Below, in pieces: positions 1 to 13,270 of a DNA stretch of 64,000 nucleotides. The position numbers and the translations under genes were made by a program. The stretch covers positions 11,532,001 to 11,596,000 of the forward strand of contig NW_025963791.1 in the NCBI RefSeq assembly GCF_023055435.1, in the 5' to 3' direction. The number at the start of each line of letters is the position of its first letter. Within the stretch, counting starts at the first letter, position 1. Below the pieces are notes generated by a model. That model did no database searches. It was not told the origin of the DNA and saw only the letters and a list, made by a program, of their open reading frames with translations. The stretch is from Haliotis rufescens. Lineage: Eukaryota.

Positions 1-184
1 TGCAAGTCATCGATCCCAATTGCGTAGATCGATGCTCATGATGTCAATCACTCGATTGTCTGGTACAGACTCGATTATTTACAGACCGCCGTCATATATC
101 TGGAATATTGCTGAGTGCGGCGTTGAACAACAAACAAACAAACAAAACAAATTCTAGTTCCATTCGGCATTCGAAACCGCAGTA

Positions 185-346
185 GGGGCGGTCGGGTAGC
201 CTAGTGGTTAAAGCGTTCGCTCGTCACGCCGAAGACCCGGGTTCGATTCCCGACATGGGTACAATGTGTGAAGCCCATTTATGGTGTCCCCCGCCGTGAT
301 ATTGCTGGAATATTGCTAAAATCGGCGTAAAACCGTACTCACTCAC
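185..346 (+). mobile_element. SINE family 1 (tRNA-Asp-like head, ~165 bp, (ACTC)n tail)
   Basis: A box TAGCCTAGTGG, B box GGTTCGATTCC, GTC in the anticodon-like loop. 13-bp TSD tcgaaaccgcagt at 171-183 and 347-359. Confidence 0.9.
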
Positions 347-425
347 TCGAAACCGCAGTCATGCTAAACCATCTTATCTCGAAAAGAAAATTAGAGTTAT
401 AGGATCTTATATAGGGCTACAAAAA

Positions 426-430
426 ACTAT

Positions 431-470
<40 letters not shown>
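426..470. repeat. (TAC)n microsatellite; (GA)n tracts at ~9278-9322 and ~11553-11625; (GCAC)n ~29677-29710
   Basis: Read directly from the sequence. Confidence 0.9.
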
Positions 471-471
<1 letters not shown>

Positions 472-1978
472 TGCTGCAGATTTGGATAGATCGTAACATC
501 GTTATAAATGCAAACATCGTATTCAAAACATCGAAAGCGCCACGTAAATAAGGTTTATATGCACTTTTTCTGTCTTTAAATTTCAAAGGCTGAAACGAAA
601 ATACATTGAAGGTGGAGCCTTAACATACAGAGGCTCCATATATGGTCTTGTTGGGGGGAGTTACTTTCAACCCTACCTTTTAACATTCTCCTTTCCACAA
701 TTAGCAATGGCCATTTGTACACTGTACTTTCCTTCGTATGAGTGGGATTAAAAGATTAAAATATACTCCCCTTTTTTCAATAGCGGAAATGAGACACAGG
801 CCATTTATATCACAAATTAAAGTCAATATTCGGCGAGAAAACGAGGTGCAAAACATGCTATTTTTTCAATTGCGTATATTTTTCACGTTACGGTACTCAT
901 CTCATTAATTTTGTTGTAAGACCCTTCTTTGTTTGAAATATTGGCTGATCTGTGTATAAAATCATGAAACATCTACTTACTTCGTTCCTTTAATTGTAGT
1001 GACATCGTGAGCTCAAATTAATCCTAACTTTCCGACCTGTCCGACTTTGACAGTGACTCTAGGGTGCGACGTATCATGGAATATAAATGTTTCCCGGAAG
1101 ATGAATCGGTGGTTGCTGAGGAAGTAGTTGACCCCTACATGTTTGATCTGTAACCGACAACAGTGACGGAAATAATCAGGCTGATCCCCATCTTTAACGC
1201 ATGGATTACAAGTGATTGCAAAACACAGATTTACGGAAACCTTTTAGGGCCATCAAGTTGAAATTTCAAGATACATAAGTTGAAATTTCAAGATACTAAC
1301 TTAAAATTTTAAGATACTAATTTTCATTATAATAAGTTAAACTTTCAAGATAATAAGTTGAAATTTAAACTTAGAATCTTGAAATTTCAAGAAAATAACA
1401 AAAACAAAAACAAATGCCCCTAACAGGCTTCCGTGCATATTGGTTCGTTTGTTTATTTTCTCCAAATCAAAATATCCCGTGTCAGCATCATAGCCGTGCT
1501 CGTGGGTTTCACCAAAATGATATATGACCGAGACCTGCATCACTTCGGGCTTTCCGCCCACATTAAGCTGACACGCCGTGCTATAACTGGAATACTAACT
1601 GTTCAAAGCGGCGTTAAACCAACCTCACTCACTCCGATGTTTTACACGAATCACGCAATTATAAGTGTTGTAGATGTATTAAGCGAAAATGTTGTTTATG
1701 CCACGGTCAGAAAGAAATCTGTTATATCACGGCGGCGTGGTCGAGTGTGGACCAGACAAACCCGTGGTTGATCGCATGAGCAACTATCAGTTAAGGTAGG
1801 CGTAGACACAGAGTCAGGTCACACACTGCAACACATGCTCTTTGTAGCCGGCCCTTTAATAACCATTGGGTCCTTGGGTTAAATCTGTCCCGGATTTCCC
1901 ACTGGGAATATATAAAGAGAAGATTCTAGTTCAGGCGTCACTCATATCCCAGCAAGGCTTGTATTTCGTCATCCATAG

Positions 1979-2330
1979 GACCGCCTCCGTGGTCTAGTGC
2001 GTCCGCCCGGAAGAGCGGAAGGTCCGGGGTTCGATCCCCGGCTGCGTCATACCAAAAGACGTTAAAAGATGGTACTTGTTGTTACCCTGTCTGGCGCTCG
2101 GCATTAAGGGGTTAAAGCAAGGACTGGTCGGCTCGGAGTCAGTATACTGTGTCTGAGTGGGGTATTCATGTTAAACTGCGGCATGGTATCTCAGTGGGCT
2201 AGCACTATAAATCGGCATCAGTCCGGTCTAGTACAAGCAGCCACACAAACACACACACGTACATGCACGTCGCTATATAAGTGAAACAATCTTGGACGCG
2301 ACGTTAAACCCAATTTCACCTCACCTCACC
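1979..2330 (+). mobile_element. SINE family 2 (tRNA head, GTCATACCAAAAGACGTTAAAAGATGGTAC central domain, (CACCT)n tail)
   Basis: TSD tcatccatag. The central block resembles the Meta/MESC conserved SINE domain as I recall it (unverified). Confidence 0.85.
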
Positions 2331-3159
2331 TCATCCATAGCTTAACCATAGTCCCAAGCATGTTGTCAGGACAACCATGTTTAGTGATGCGTACAGGCCT
2401 ACTTGGCAAGGACGTTTGAAAGGTCAGTGAACGATAGATTACAACATAACAATAGCCGCGTTGTTATACGTTTCCTTCCCAGATTTAACTAGGTCATCTG
2501 AAAACAAATACGTAATAAGGATCTACATAGAGAAATGTATTTTTTATTACTTGCCCGTGAAGAGATCACCCGTTTAATAGACATACAGCTTTATTACACA
2601 TTGTGTAATACCAAAACGCGTGCTTATGTACTCTCGGAACACGTTTCACGAACAAATATTGAAAGCTCTCAACATCCCTTGGCGTATTCAACGACATTGT
2701 GTGTGGAGATGATAGATCACTGGGAGGAGCTTATGCACACTCGATGACCCCAGCAACCTTGTTGCTAGGCTGACGTCACATGGCATTGTTTCGCCGATGG
2801 ATCTTGCAACAAAATTCAACAAATTACGTCATCGGGTATTGTGACGTCATTGTAAACTTTGAGGTGCAAGGCCCCGTTCCACAAGGCGATCGTACTCTAG
2901 CGCAACGACAGTCGTTAGTCTAAGTTAAATTATGTGAGTTGTGATAGCCTTAGCGCTACGATAATTTTGTGGGACGAACGCCTGAATTCTAAAGCTGGAC
3001 CATTGTATGATATTAAATTCATACGTTTCAACTTTTGACGTGTTTGAAGTATTATTCTGTTAAACTGAATTGGATTATGCCATGGATCGTGTAGGTGTCA
3101 GCCTATTTACACTCAACAGTATAATTCTAAAAACATTATAAATGACAAGTAATAAATAA

Positions 3160-3301
3160 AATACTAAACTCGCTCTCGTGTAAAACCAATTTTATGAAAC
3201 TCGTGAATAGTTGTGGTATCTGACTCGCTTTCGCTCGTCAGATACCAGAACTATTCACTCGTTTCATAAAATTGGTATTACACGGGAGCTCGTTTAGTAT
3301 T
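3160..3301. repeat. ~142-bp imperfect palindrome (hairpin element)
   Basis: Arms aatactaaac...ggtatctgac / gtcagatacc...gtttagtatt around the loop tcgctttcgctc. Confidence 0.85.
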
Positions 3302-3931
3302 CTATATATCTGACGTACTCTCATTAAAAACAGATCTTAGTTTTCGCTACCGCTAAACAAAGATCTCTTAATCTCAGAAAATATATAATTTTGATGGAAA
3401 CACATAGCTCCATTTAAATTGAAAAGGAGCTCCAGTGAGGTGGGATATTCCTGATCCCCGGTAAAATCTAGACTTGCTTCATTCAGGTTTCGCTTTACAG
3501 AAAGGCCTGGGCGCAAGGGAAAATGATATGGGTCAGGGACTGTGAGACAAACTATAGCGAGAACTTCGAACTGATTCTAATATGAGACTGATCTGAAGCT
3601 TTATTAGGTGAGGTGAAATGGGGTTTAACGTCGCGTCCAAGATTATTGCACTTATATAGCGACGTGCATGCACGTGTGTGTGTGTGTGGCTGCTTGTACT
3701 AGTCCGGACTGGTGCCGATTTATAGTGCTAGCTCACTGAGATATACCATGCTGCAGTTTAACTCGAGGAAACTACGGAATCAAGGCTACAGTAACGCATA
3801 GAACGTATTTATTCTATAATAAATAAGTTTTATGTTATATATTTTAATGGAAAACCTTTATCGAGGAAAAACTATTTTTATTATCGTAAGAACAGGAAGG
3901 TTATTCGAGTCATTCAGGTGATATATACCAT

Positions 3932-4774
3932 CGTAGACGTGTTAGTAGCCGCCCTGAACAGGAAGTACGGTTGTATCACCCAGCCTTATTTAGATATAGG
4001 AAGACAGCTAGATGCGACGTAAGGCGTAGACGTGCTAGTAGCCGCCCTGCACAGGAAGTGCGGTTGTATCACCCAGCCTTATTTAGATATAGGAAGACAG
4101 CTAGATGCGACGTAAGGCGTAGACGTGTTAGTAGCCGACCTGCACAGGAAGTGCGGTTGCACCCAGCCTTATTTAGATATAGGAAGACAGCTAGATGCGG
4201 CGTAAGGCGTAGACGTGTTAGTAGCCGCCCTGAACAGGAAGTACGGTTGTATCACCCAGCCTTATTTAGATATAGGAAGACAACTAGATGCGACGTAAGG
4301 CGTAGACGTGTTAGTAGCCGCCCTGAACAGGAAGTACGGTTGTATCACCCAGCCTTATTTAGATATAGGAAGACAGCTAGATGCGACGTAAGGCGTAGAC
4401 GTGCTAGTAGCCGCCCTGCACAGGAAGTACGGTTGTATCACCCAGCCTTATTTAGATATAGGAAGACAGCTAGATGCGACGTAAGGCGTAGACGTGTTAG
4501 TAGCCGCCCTGAACAGGAAGTACGGTTGTATCACCCAGCCTTATCTAGATATAGGAAGACAGCTAGATGCGGCGTAAGGCGTAGACGTGTTAGTAGCCGC
4601 CCTGCACAGGAAGTACGGTTGTATCACCCAGCCTTATCTAGATATAGGAAGACAACTAGATGCGACGTAAGGCGTAGACGTGTTAGTAGCCGCCCTGCAC
4701 AGGAAGTACGGTTGTATCACCCAGCCTTATTTAGATATAGGAAGACAACTAGATGCGACGTAAGGCGTAGACGT
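3932..4774. repeat. 93-bp tandem repeat, ~9 copies
   Basis: Period 93 (3932 to 4025). It produces the 271-aa repetitive ORF. Confidence 0.95.
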
Positions 4775-4853
4775 GAGCAGAGGTGATGTGAAATGGGGTT
4801 TTAACGTCGCGTCAAAGATTACTGCACTTATATAGCAATAGTGTGTGCGCGCG

Positions 4854-4896
<43 letters not shown>

Positions 4897-5100
4897 CTGA
4901 TGCCGATTTATAGTGCTAGCCCACTGAGGAACCATGCCACAGTCTACCATTAATACCCCGCTCAGAAACAGTATATCGACTCCAAGCCGACCAGTCCTTG
5001 TTTTAGCCCCTTAATGCCGAGCGCCAGATAGGGTAACAACAAGTACCATCTTTCAACGTCTTTTGGTATGACGCGGCCGGAGATCGAACCCCGGGCCTAG
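4775..5100 (-). mobile_element. SINE family 2 copy at end of 93-bp array (3' half copy also at 3607-3762)
   Basis: Reverse-complement match; TSD ggcgtagacgt at 4764-4774 and 5101-5111. Confidence 0.85.
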
Positions 5101-6701
5101 GGCGTAGACGTACACCGCTCTGATGAAAGCTACGAGCACGCGTGAAGTTCCGACAGATCAATGATCATAATCGGGAAAGATCTAGGATTCGGATGTACAA
5201 TCAGCGGATCCTGACACAATCAAGGGACGCAACTTTACACCACTGGATGTGATTCCAACTTCATGTGTCTCCTTTAGGCTGGGCCGAATGGTAAACTTAT
5301 GGAATATTATTGAATAATTAATTATAAAAGCTACATTACATTTTCTGAATCACAATACCGTGTAATTTAGTAAAACTGTCCGGATTAACCAGTTTCCATG
5401 TATAAATAGACATTTTCAACAGTAATCGTACGGAATACGGGGTTATTGTATTGACAGGGTTTCACTGTATACAGTGTCGTTATTCCAGATATCATAGTCA
5501 ACCCTATCCCGTTGCTTGCCGATCTCAAAGAAAACACCCATGTTCTGTTAATACATCTTTATTACGGGTATATATTGACGTATTACATAATAAAACAATA
5601 CAGCAATGCAATGGGGAGCAGGGCTCACTAATATCCCCGACCTCGATTCCAACATCAGCTGAAGAACAGTTTTGCTATTGGAGATATATTGATGCCTTAA
5701 CGTTTGACCCGGCTTCCCTTAAAAGCACAATAATATAACATAATAATGGCTTGATTTAAAGACGCACAGGTGCATCATCGGCAAGCTTTTCCCTTTCAGG
5801 TCGGGATATAAATATATTTCATACCATGACAAAATTCACACCTTTCAGAAAATGCACATATGAAAATCAAACTTTTCACTGCACCTCTCCAATGAGGATA
5901 GAAAGTGTTCCTTAATTCTGAAAAGAATCCATGTAGTAGTTCTCAAGTTATAGGTAGCACAAATGTTGAAGTAAAAAAGAAAATTTCAAAGTTTAAAACA
6001 TGTAGAAATTCCTATTTTCTTAGAAAATCTTCATTATAAAATCACACTTTGCACGACACCTCTTCTATTAGTATGAAATCTCCTCCCTAAATTTGAAAAT
6101 AATCGATAAAGTATTTTTCTCGTCATAGGTCGCACTAATGTTTAAGTAAAACAATTCTAAATCAAGACATGAAAAATAGCCGTATTTTTTCAGAAAATTT
6201 AAATATTGACCTCACACTTCGCACTGCACCTTTCCTATTGGTATAGAAAGTGGTTACCAAATTTGAAAAGAATCAATGCAGTAGTTTTCAAGTTATAGGT
6301 CGCACAAAAATTGTCCTCGGAAGAACGGGCGGACAGACGGACTGACGGAATTCTTTGGTATATATATACCCCCGCCCTTTTAGGTCTAGGGTATAATAAA
6401 ACAATAATACAAGTAAATTTAGCCAGAGGAGCATATACAATCTTATTTCGGATTTTTCAATCAGCTTTAGATTAAACTGTAAAAAAAGTGCCATTCAAGT
6501 ATCATTGATGTGCATAAGTGTGAAAAATAATAATTGTCTGTTATTTTAATAACACATGCATATTTAGTTTGATAGACTATACTATGTTTATAAGTATGAA
6601 CATATTGAGCGATAAAGCTTACATAAAATATCTGTTAAATCTAATAAAAGACAAATCTGTTCCTCTTACCCGACAACAAATTATATGTTTGAACGTGTTG
6701 T

Positions 6702-8429
6702 TGTAGGAAAGGAGTTTTAGGTGGGTGAATGTATATTATTGTACCCCATGCCTGTAGGAAAGGAGTTTTAGGTGGGTGAATGTATGTCATTGTACCCCAT
6801 GCCTGTAGGAAAGGAGTTTTAGCCGGGTGAATGTATGTCACATTACCCCATGCCTGTAGGAAAGGAGTTTTAGGTGGGTGAATGTATGTCACATTACCCC
6901 ATGCCTGTAGGAAAGGAGTTTTAGGTGGGTGAATGTATGTCACATTACCCCATGCCTGTAGGAAAGGAGTTTTAGGTGGGTGAATGTATGTCACAGTACC
7001 CCATGCCTGTAGGAAAGGAGTTTTAGGTGGGTGAATGTATGTCATTGTACCCTTTGCCTGTAGGAAAGGAGTTTTAGGTGGGTGAATGTATGTCACATTA
7101 CCCCATGCCTGTAGGAAAGGAGTTTTAGGTGGGTGAATGTATGTCACATTACCCCATGCCTGTAGGAAAGGAGTTTTAGGTGGGTGAATGTATGTCACAT
7201 TACCCCATGCCTGTAGGAAAGGAGTTTTAGGTGGGTGAATGTATGTCACAGTACCCCATGCCTGTAGGAAAGGAGTTTTAGGTGGGTGAATGTATGTCAC
7301 AGTACCCCATGCCTGTAGGAAAGGAGTTTTAGGTGGGTGAATGTATGTCATTGTACCCTTTGCCTGTAGGAAAGGAGTTTTAGGTGGGTGAATGTATGTC
7401 ACATTACCCCATGCCTGTAGGAAAGGAGTTTTAGGTGGGTGAATGTATGTCACATTACCCCATGCCTGTAGGAAAGGAGTTTTAGGTGGGTGAATGTATG
7501 TCATTGTACCCTTTGCCTGTAGGAAAGGAGTTTTAGGTGGGTGAATGTATATCATTGTACCCCATGCCTGTAGGAAAGGAGTTTTAGGTGGGTGAATGTA
7601 TGTCACAGTACCCCATGCCTGTAGGAAAGGAGTTTTAGGTGGGTGAATGTATGTCATTGTACCCCATGCCTGTAGGAAAGGAGTTTTAGGTGAGGGAATG
7701 TATGTCACATTACCCCATGCCTGTAGGAAAGGAGTTTTAGGTGGGTGAATGTATGTCACAGTACCCCATGCCTGTAGGAAAGGAGTTTTAGGTGGGTGAA
7801 TGTATATCATTGTACCCCATGCCTGTAGGAAAGGAGTTTTAGGTGGGTGAATGTATGTCACAGTGCCCCATGCCTGTAGGAAAGGAGTTTTAGGTGGGTG
7901 AATGTATATCATTGTACCCCATGCCTGTAGGAAAGGAGTTTTAGGTGGGTGAATGTATGTCACAGTACCCTTTGCCTGTAGGAAAGGAGTTTTAGGTGGG
8001 TGAATGTATGTCATTGTACCCCATGCCTGTAGGAAAGGCGTTTTAGGTGGGTGAATGTATGTCACAGTGCCCAATGCCTGTAGGAAAGGAGTTTTAGGTG
8101 GGCGAATGTATGTCATTGTACCCTTTGCCTGTAGGAAAGGAGTTTAAGGTGGGTGAATGTATGTCACAGTGCCCCATGCCTGTAGGAAAGGAGTTTTAGG
8201 TGAGTGAATGTATATCATTGTACCCCATGCCTGTAGGAAAGGAGTTTTAGGTGGGTGAATGTATGTCACAGTACCCTTTGCCTGTAGGAAAGGAGTTTTA
8301 GGTGGGTGAATGTATGTCATATTACCCCATGCCTGTAGGAAAGGAGTTTTAGGTGGGTGAATGTATGTCACAGTACCCTATGCCTGTAGGAAAGGAGTTT
8401 TAGGTGGGTGAATGTATGTCATTGTACCC
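6702..8429. repeat. 51-bp minisatellite, ~34 copies
   Basis: Unit tgtaggaaaggagttttaggtgggtgaatgtatgtcattgtaccccatgcc. It produces the 491-aa TYIHPPKTPFLQAWG ORF. Confidence 0.95.
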
Positions 8430-9276
8430 TGATGGTGTGACTTATTTCTGTGCTTACAACGACCTCTCCATTATTGAAATGCCGTCGTGATAAAACCGTT
8501 TTGGTCAATTCCAAATCTTAAGTGTACACTTACTTTTCCTCGGCAATATATATCTGCAACCGGTGGCATCGAACATAAATTGTGGACAACAAAAATATTA
8601 GAGTATTACACACTAATAATTGCGCTGACAACCGAGTGTCAAATATTAATGGGCATGTCCTGCTTTCCGATGTCAGCTCTCATATATAGCTTGACACCGG
8701 GTGTCTAGGATAAATAGGTGTGTCCTTCTACTGGGCGTCATCCTTCCGACTTGGGTCATCCACTGGGTGTAGATATATCTCTACAACAAATACATAGTAT
8801 ACTTTATTGTACGCGTGATGAAATGCATCTGCACTGTAAACAATGTGTTTAAAATGTAAAATAAATAAAATAAAACCGACAAAACCATCCCATATTCATA
8901 AAAAATCTAAACACGTATAGAAATGTGTTTTAATCCTAAACGGAGCACTCATTTGGTGTCTTCTATCTCACACTTTTAGGGTCTAAACACATGAAATGAG
9001 CTATCGTCTCACAGCCGGAACGCCGTCTGAACCCAACATCCTCTTAATCTAAACACGTTTAGAATTTGAACATGTCTTTCCCACAATCGTAATCCTAAAC
9101 ATGTTAAGATCCCCAAACGCGTCAAAGTTATGGGAGAAGGCAGTGTTAAGGTTTGTGTTCAGACACATTGTTTCCAGCGTGAGGACCAAGTTTACTGTTT
9201 TAGGGGATTAAGCCAACCTCCAGAACCATAGAGAAAAATAAGTCCAACTCAAGTCTACAACGATTTGGCAATTCTC

Positions 9277-9323
<47 letters not shown>

Positions 9324-10554
9324 GCGGTTAAAGTGTTGAATATTAAAATTGAGTATACAACCATTTAAAAAAAACCTATTCACAAAACTTGCAGGCTCAC
9401 CTGACTTGTTGTTATTTGAGACCGGTTCAGTATAAATATCGTCGTGGTTATTAACGTCTGAAACATTAAATTGAGCATTATCTATATGGACTAGTCTGAA
9501 CCAGACAAACTGGTTGATACTATGAACAACGCAATCGACACAAGTCACCATCCTGATCACCCGATCCAATTAAGTCGCCTCTTTCAACTCAACATATAAT
9601 ACAGGGCCTAATCTAACCCAGGTTCCATCATTGAGTGTTTTTATCAAACGTCTCTGCAAATATCCATATTATGTAAGGGGCGGACCATTTGATATTTAGG
9701 GGGAAGGCCCAGGTTATGTTTTTATTTTAGTTTAAGGGGCTGAGATTTTTCTTCTTAAACCTGAGCTGATATTTTTTTTATGGTACATTTCAAATTCAAC
9801 ATATCGAAATAATGTTAAAATGTTCTCAATGTTCACTAAACTTAATCACTGCACAGAGGTAGGTGATTTTAAAACAGAACAATGAAAATAGCAGTATAAT
9901 AAAGCATTTTTATACAATAAAAGACAATACGCAAGATCCAGCGACGTAAGGTGTTAACTGACATATGTAGATAGCGCTGGGGATTAAGGGTCCAGCTCGG
10001 AAGGGGCTTATGATTAGAGGGGATACACTGAATGTTTGCTGAATACATTAAACAGAAAAAGGAGATAGAACATCTGTGGACTTTGGAAACATATTGAAAC
10101 AATTAGGTATTATGGAGAAATTAAGTTTTAAAGAAACCTATTGAAGTGGTTTGCACCATAACAATACCCCTGGACGTTGTGGAGCTTTTGTTCTCAAAAT
10201 AGTGACAATATTGAAAGTAAAAGTATTCAGTAAAATTAATTTCTCCAATCACAAAGATCAGTTTTTGCTTCAGATTGGTCAGGATAACGGGTGGTTGGTT
10301 TGTTGTTTACGCCGCACTCAGCAATATTCCAGCTACATGACGGCGGTCTGTAAATCATCGAGTCTGGACCAGACAATCCAGTGATTCATATCATGAGCAT
10401 CGATCCGAGCAATCGGGATCGATGACCTGCATCAACCAAGTCAGCGAGCCTGACCACCCGATCCCGTTAGTCGCCTTTTACGACAAGCATAGTCGCCTTT
10501 TACGGCAAGCATGGGATGCTGAAGACCTATTCGACCCCGGATCTTCACAGGTCT

Positions 10555-10960
10555 GGTCAGGAATCACATATATCAAAATAGAAACAGGTGATGCCGAACC
10601 TATTAGACTCCCTTCTTATAAGCAAAACGCAGCCATATCGATCCTTCTAAAACATGTTCAGTCACACAGATCCCACCCCCTAAAAATGTCCATGACATGC
10701 GTCATTTCTTAGGTTTAACCTCATCCTATCACAAATTTGTAGCCAACCTTTCTGGCATCGTTTCCCCTCTATACAACCTTCTGAAAAAAGATGCGACTTT
10801 CAAATGGTCCAACAATTCCCAACAGGCAATCGTAAAGCTAAAGCAAGCCCTTACAGCAGCCCCCATCCATGCATACCCCGACCAAAACAAACACTTCATC
10901 CTCACAACTGATGCATCTCAAACCGCAACAGGGTACATTTTAGGCCAATTTCATCCTCAG
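10555..10960 (+). mobile_element. Ty3/Gypsy LTR retrotransposon pol fragment (RT N-term + RT/RNaseH connection)
   Basis: IETGDAEPIRLPSYK then RHFLGLTSSYHKFVANLSGIVSPLYNLLKKDATFKW...PDQNKHFILTTDASQTATGYILGQ. The RT core is deleted. Confidence 0.85.
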
Positions 10961-11550
10961 GGCATAACTTGTAATGACGTTGTTAATTCTGTTGACAATA
11001 CAAGTATCTTCCTTAACATTGGTCCTGATTGTACGCGTGATGAAATGCATCTGCACTGTAAACAATGTGTTTAAAATTTTAAATAAATAAAATAAAACCG
11101 ATAAAACCATCCCATATTCATAAAAAATCTAAACACGTTTAGAAATGTGTTTTAATCCTAAACGGAGCACTCATTTGGTGTCTTCTATCTCACACTTTTA
11201 GGGTCTAAACACATGAAATGAGCTATCGTCTCACAGCCGGAACGCCGTCTGAACCCAACATCCTCGTAATCTAAACATGTTTAGAATTTGAACATGTCTT
11301 TCCTACAATCCTAATCCTAAACATGTTAAGATCCCCAAACGCGTCAAAGTTATGGGAGAAGGCAGTGTTAAGGTTTGTGTTTGTCCAACTCAAGTCTACA
11401 ACGATTTGGAAATTCTAGAAATTAAGGATTGTTCTTGGCTCCATTTGGGTTTTATTTTTTTATATTGTAGAAATATATATATTTTTAATTAAGAATTTAT
11501 TTCTGGGACTAAATGTCAGTCTAAAACGAATCATGCAATCAATATGTCGG

Positions 11551-11626
<76 letters not shown>

Positions 11627-12865
11627 CGGCGGTTAAAGTGTTGAATATTAAAATTGAGTATACAACCATTTAAAAAAAAAACTTATTCACAAAACTTGCA
11701 GGCTCACCTGACTGGTTGTTATTTGAGACCGGTTCAGTATAAATATCGTCGTGGTTATTAACGTCTGAAACATTAAATTGAGCATTATCTATATGGACTA
11801 GTCTGAACCAGACAAACTGGTTGATACTATGAACAACGCAATCGACACAAGTCACCATCCTGATCACCCGATCCAATTAAGTCGCCTCTTTCAACTCAAC
11901 ATATAATACAGGGCCTAATCTAACCCAGGTTCCATCATTGAGTGTTTTTAACAAACGTCTCTGCAAATACCCATATTATGTAAGGGGCGGACCATTTGAT
12001 ATTTAGGGGGAAGGCCCAGGTTATGTTTTTATTTTAGTTTTAGGGGCTGAGATTTTTCTTCTTAAACCTGAGCTGATATTTTTTTTATGGAACATTTCAA
12101 ATTCAACATATCGAAATAATGTTAAAATGTTCTCAATGTTCACTAAACTTAATCACTGCACAGAGGTAGGTGATTTTAAAACAGAACAATGAAAATAGCA
12201 GTATAATAAAGCATTTTTATACAATAAAAGACAATACGCAAGATCCAGCGACGTAAGGTGTTAACTGACATATGTAGATAGCGCTGGGGATTAAGGGTCC
12301 AGCTCGGAAGGGTCTTATGATAAGAGGGGATACACTGAATGTTTGTTGAATACATTAAACAGAAAAAGGAGATAGAACATCTGTGGACTTTGGAAACATA
12401 TTGAAACAATTAGGTATTATGGAGAAATTAAGTTTTAAAGAAACCTATTGAAGTGGATTGCACCATAACAATACCCCTGGACGTTGTGGAGCTTTTGTTC
12501 TCAAAATAGTGACAACATTGAAAGTACAAGTATTCAGTAAAATTAATTTCTCCAATCACAAAGATCAGTTTTTGCTTCAGATTGGTCAGGATTACGGTTG
12601 GTTGGTTGGTTTGTTGTTTACGCCGCACTCAGCAATATTCCAGCTATATGACGGCGGTCTGTAAATCATCGAGTCTGGACCAGACAATCCAGTGATTCAT
12701 ATCATGAGCATCGATCCGAGCAATCGGGATCGATGACCTGCATCAACCAAGTCAGCGAGCCTGACCACCCGATCCCGTTAGTCGCCTCTTACGACAAGCA
12801 TAGTCGCCTTTTACGGCAAGCATGGGATGCTGAAGACCTATTCGACCCCGGATCTTCACAGGTCT

Positions 12866-13270
12866 GGTCAGGAATCACATATATCAAAATAGAAACAGGT
12901 GATGCCGAACCTATTAGACTCCCTTCTTATAAGCAAAACGCAGCCATATCGATCCTTCTAAAACATGTTCAGTCACACAGATCCCACCCCCTAAAAATGT
13001 CCATGACATGCGTCATTTCTTAGGTTTAGCTTCATCTTATCACAACTTTGTAGCCAACCTTTCTGGCATCGTTTCCCCTCTATACAACCTTCTGAAAAAA
13101 GATGCGACTTTCAAATGGTCCAACAATTCCCAACAGGCAATCGTAAAGCTAAAGCAAGCCCTTACAGCAGCCACCATCCATGCATACCCCGACCAAAACA
13201 AACACTTCATCCTCACATCTGATGCATCTCAAACTGCAACAAGGTACATTTTAGGCCAATTTCATCCTCA
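12866..13270 (+). mobile_element. Second copy of Gypsy pol fragment (within segmental duplication)
   Basis: Near-identical to 10555-10960. Confidence 0.85.

Noticed and set aside
185-260. tRNA-Asp gene (and similar heads at 31511, 40644, 52246)
   Set aside because: There is no proper acceptor stem. It continues into a shared body and (ACTC)n tail with TSDs, so it is a SINE head.
6641-8116. 491-aa ORF as a stand-alone gene
   Set aside because: It consists entirely of a 51-bp minisatellite whose unit lacks a stop in one frame, and the array contains an internal TAA.
3932-8429. CRISPR-like arrays
   Set aside because: These are head-to-tail repeats without unique spacers, in a eukaryotic context with no cas genes.
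9931-10038. Extra phase 1-1 tail exon containing RYLHM (YxxM)
   Set aside because: The frame is compatible but the donor is weak, the acceptor AG is AA in the duplicate unit (~12346), and there is no counterpart in copy B. It needs RNA evidence.
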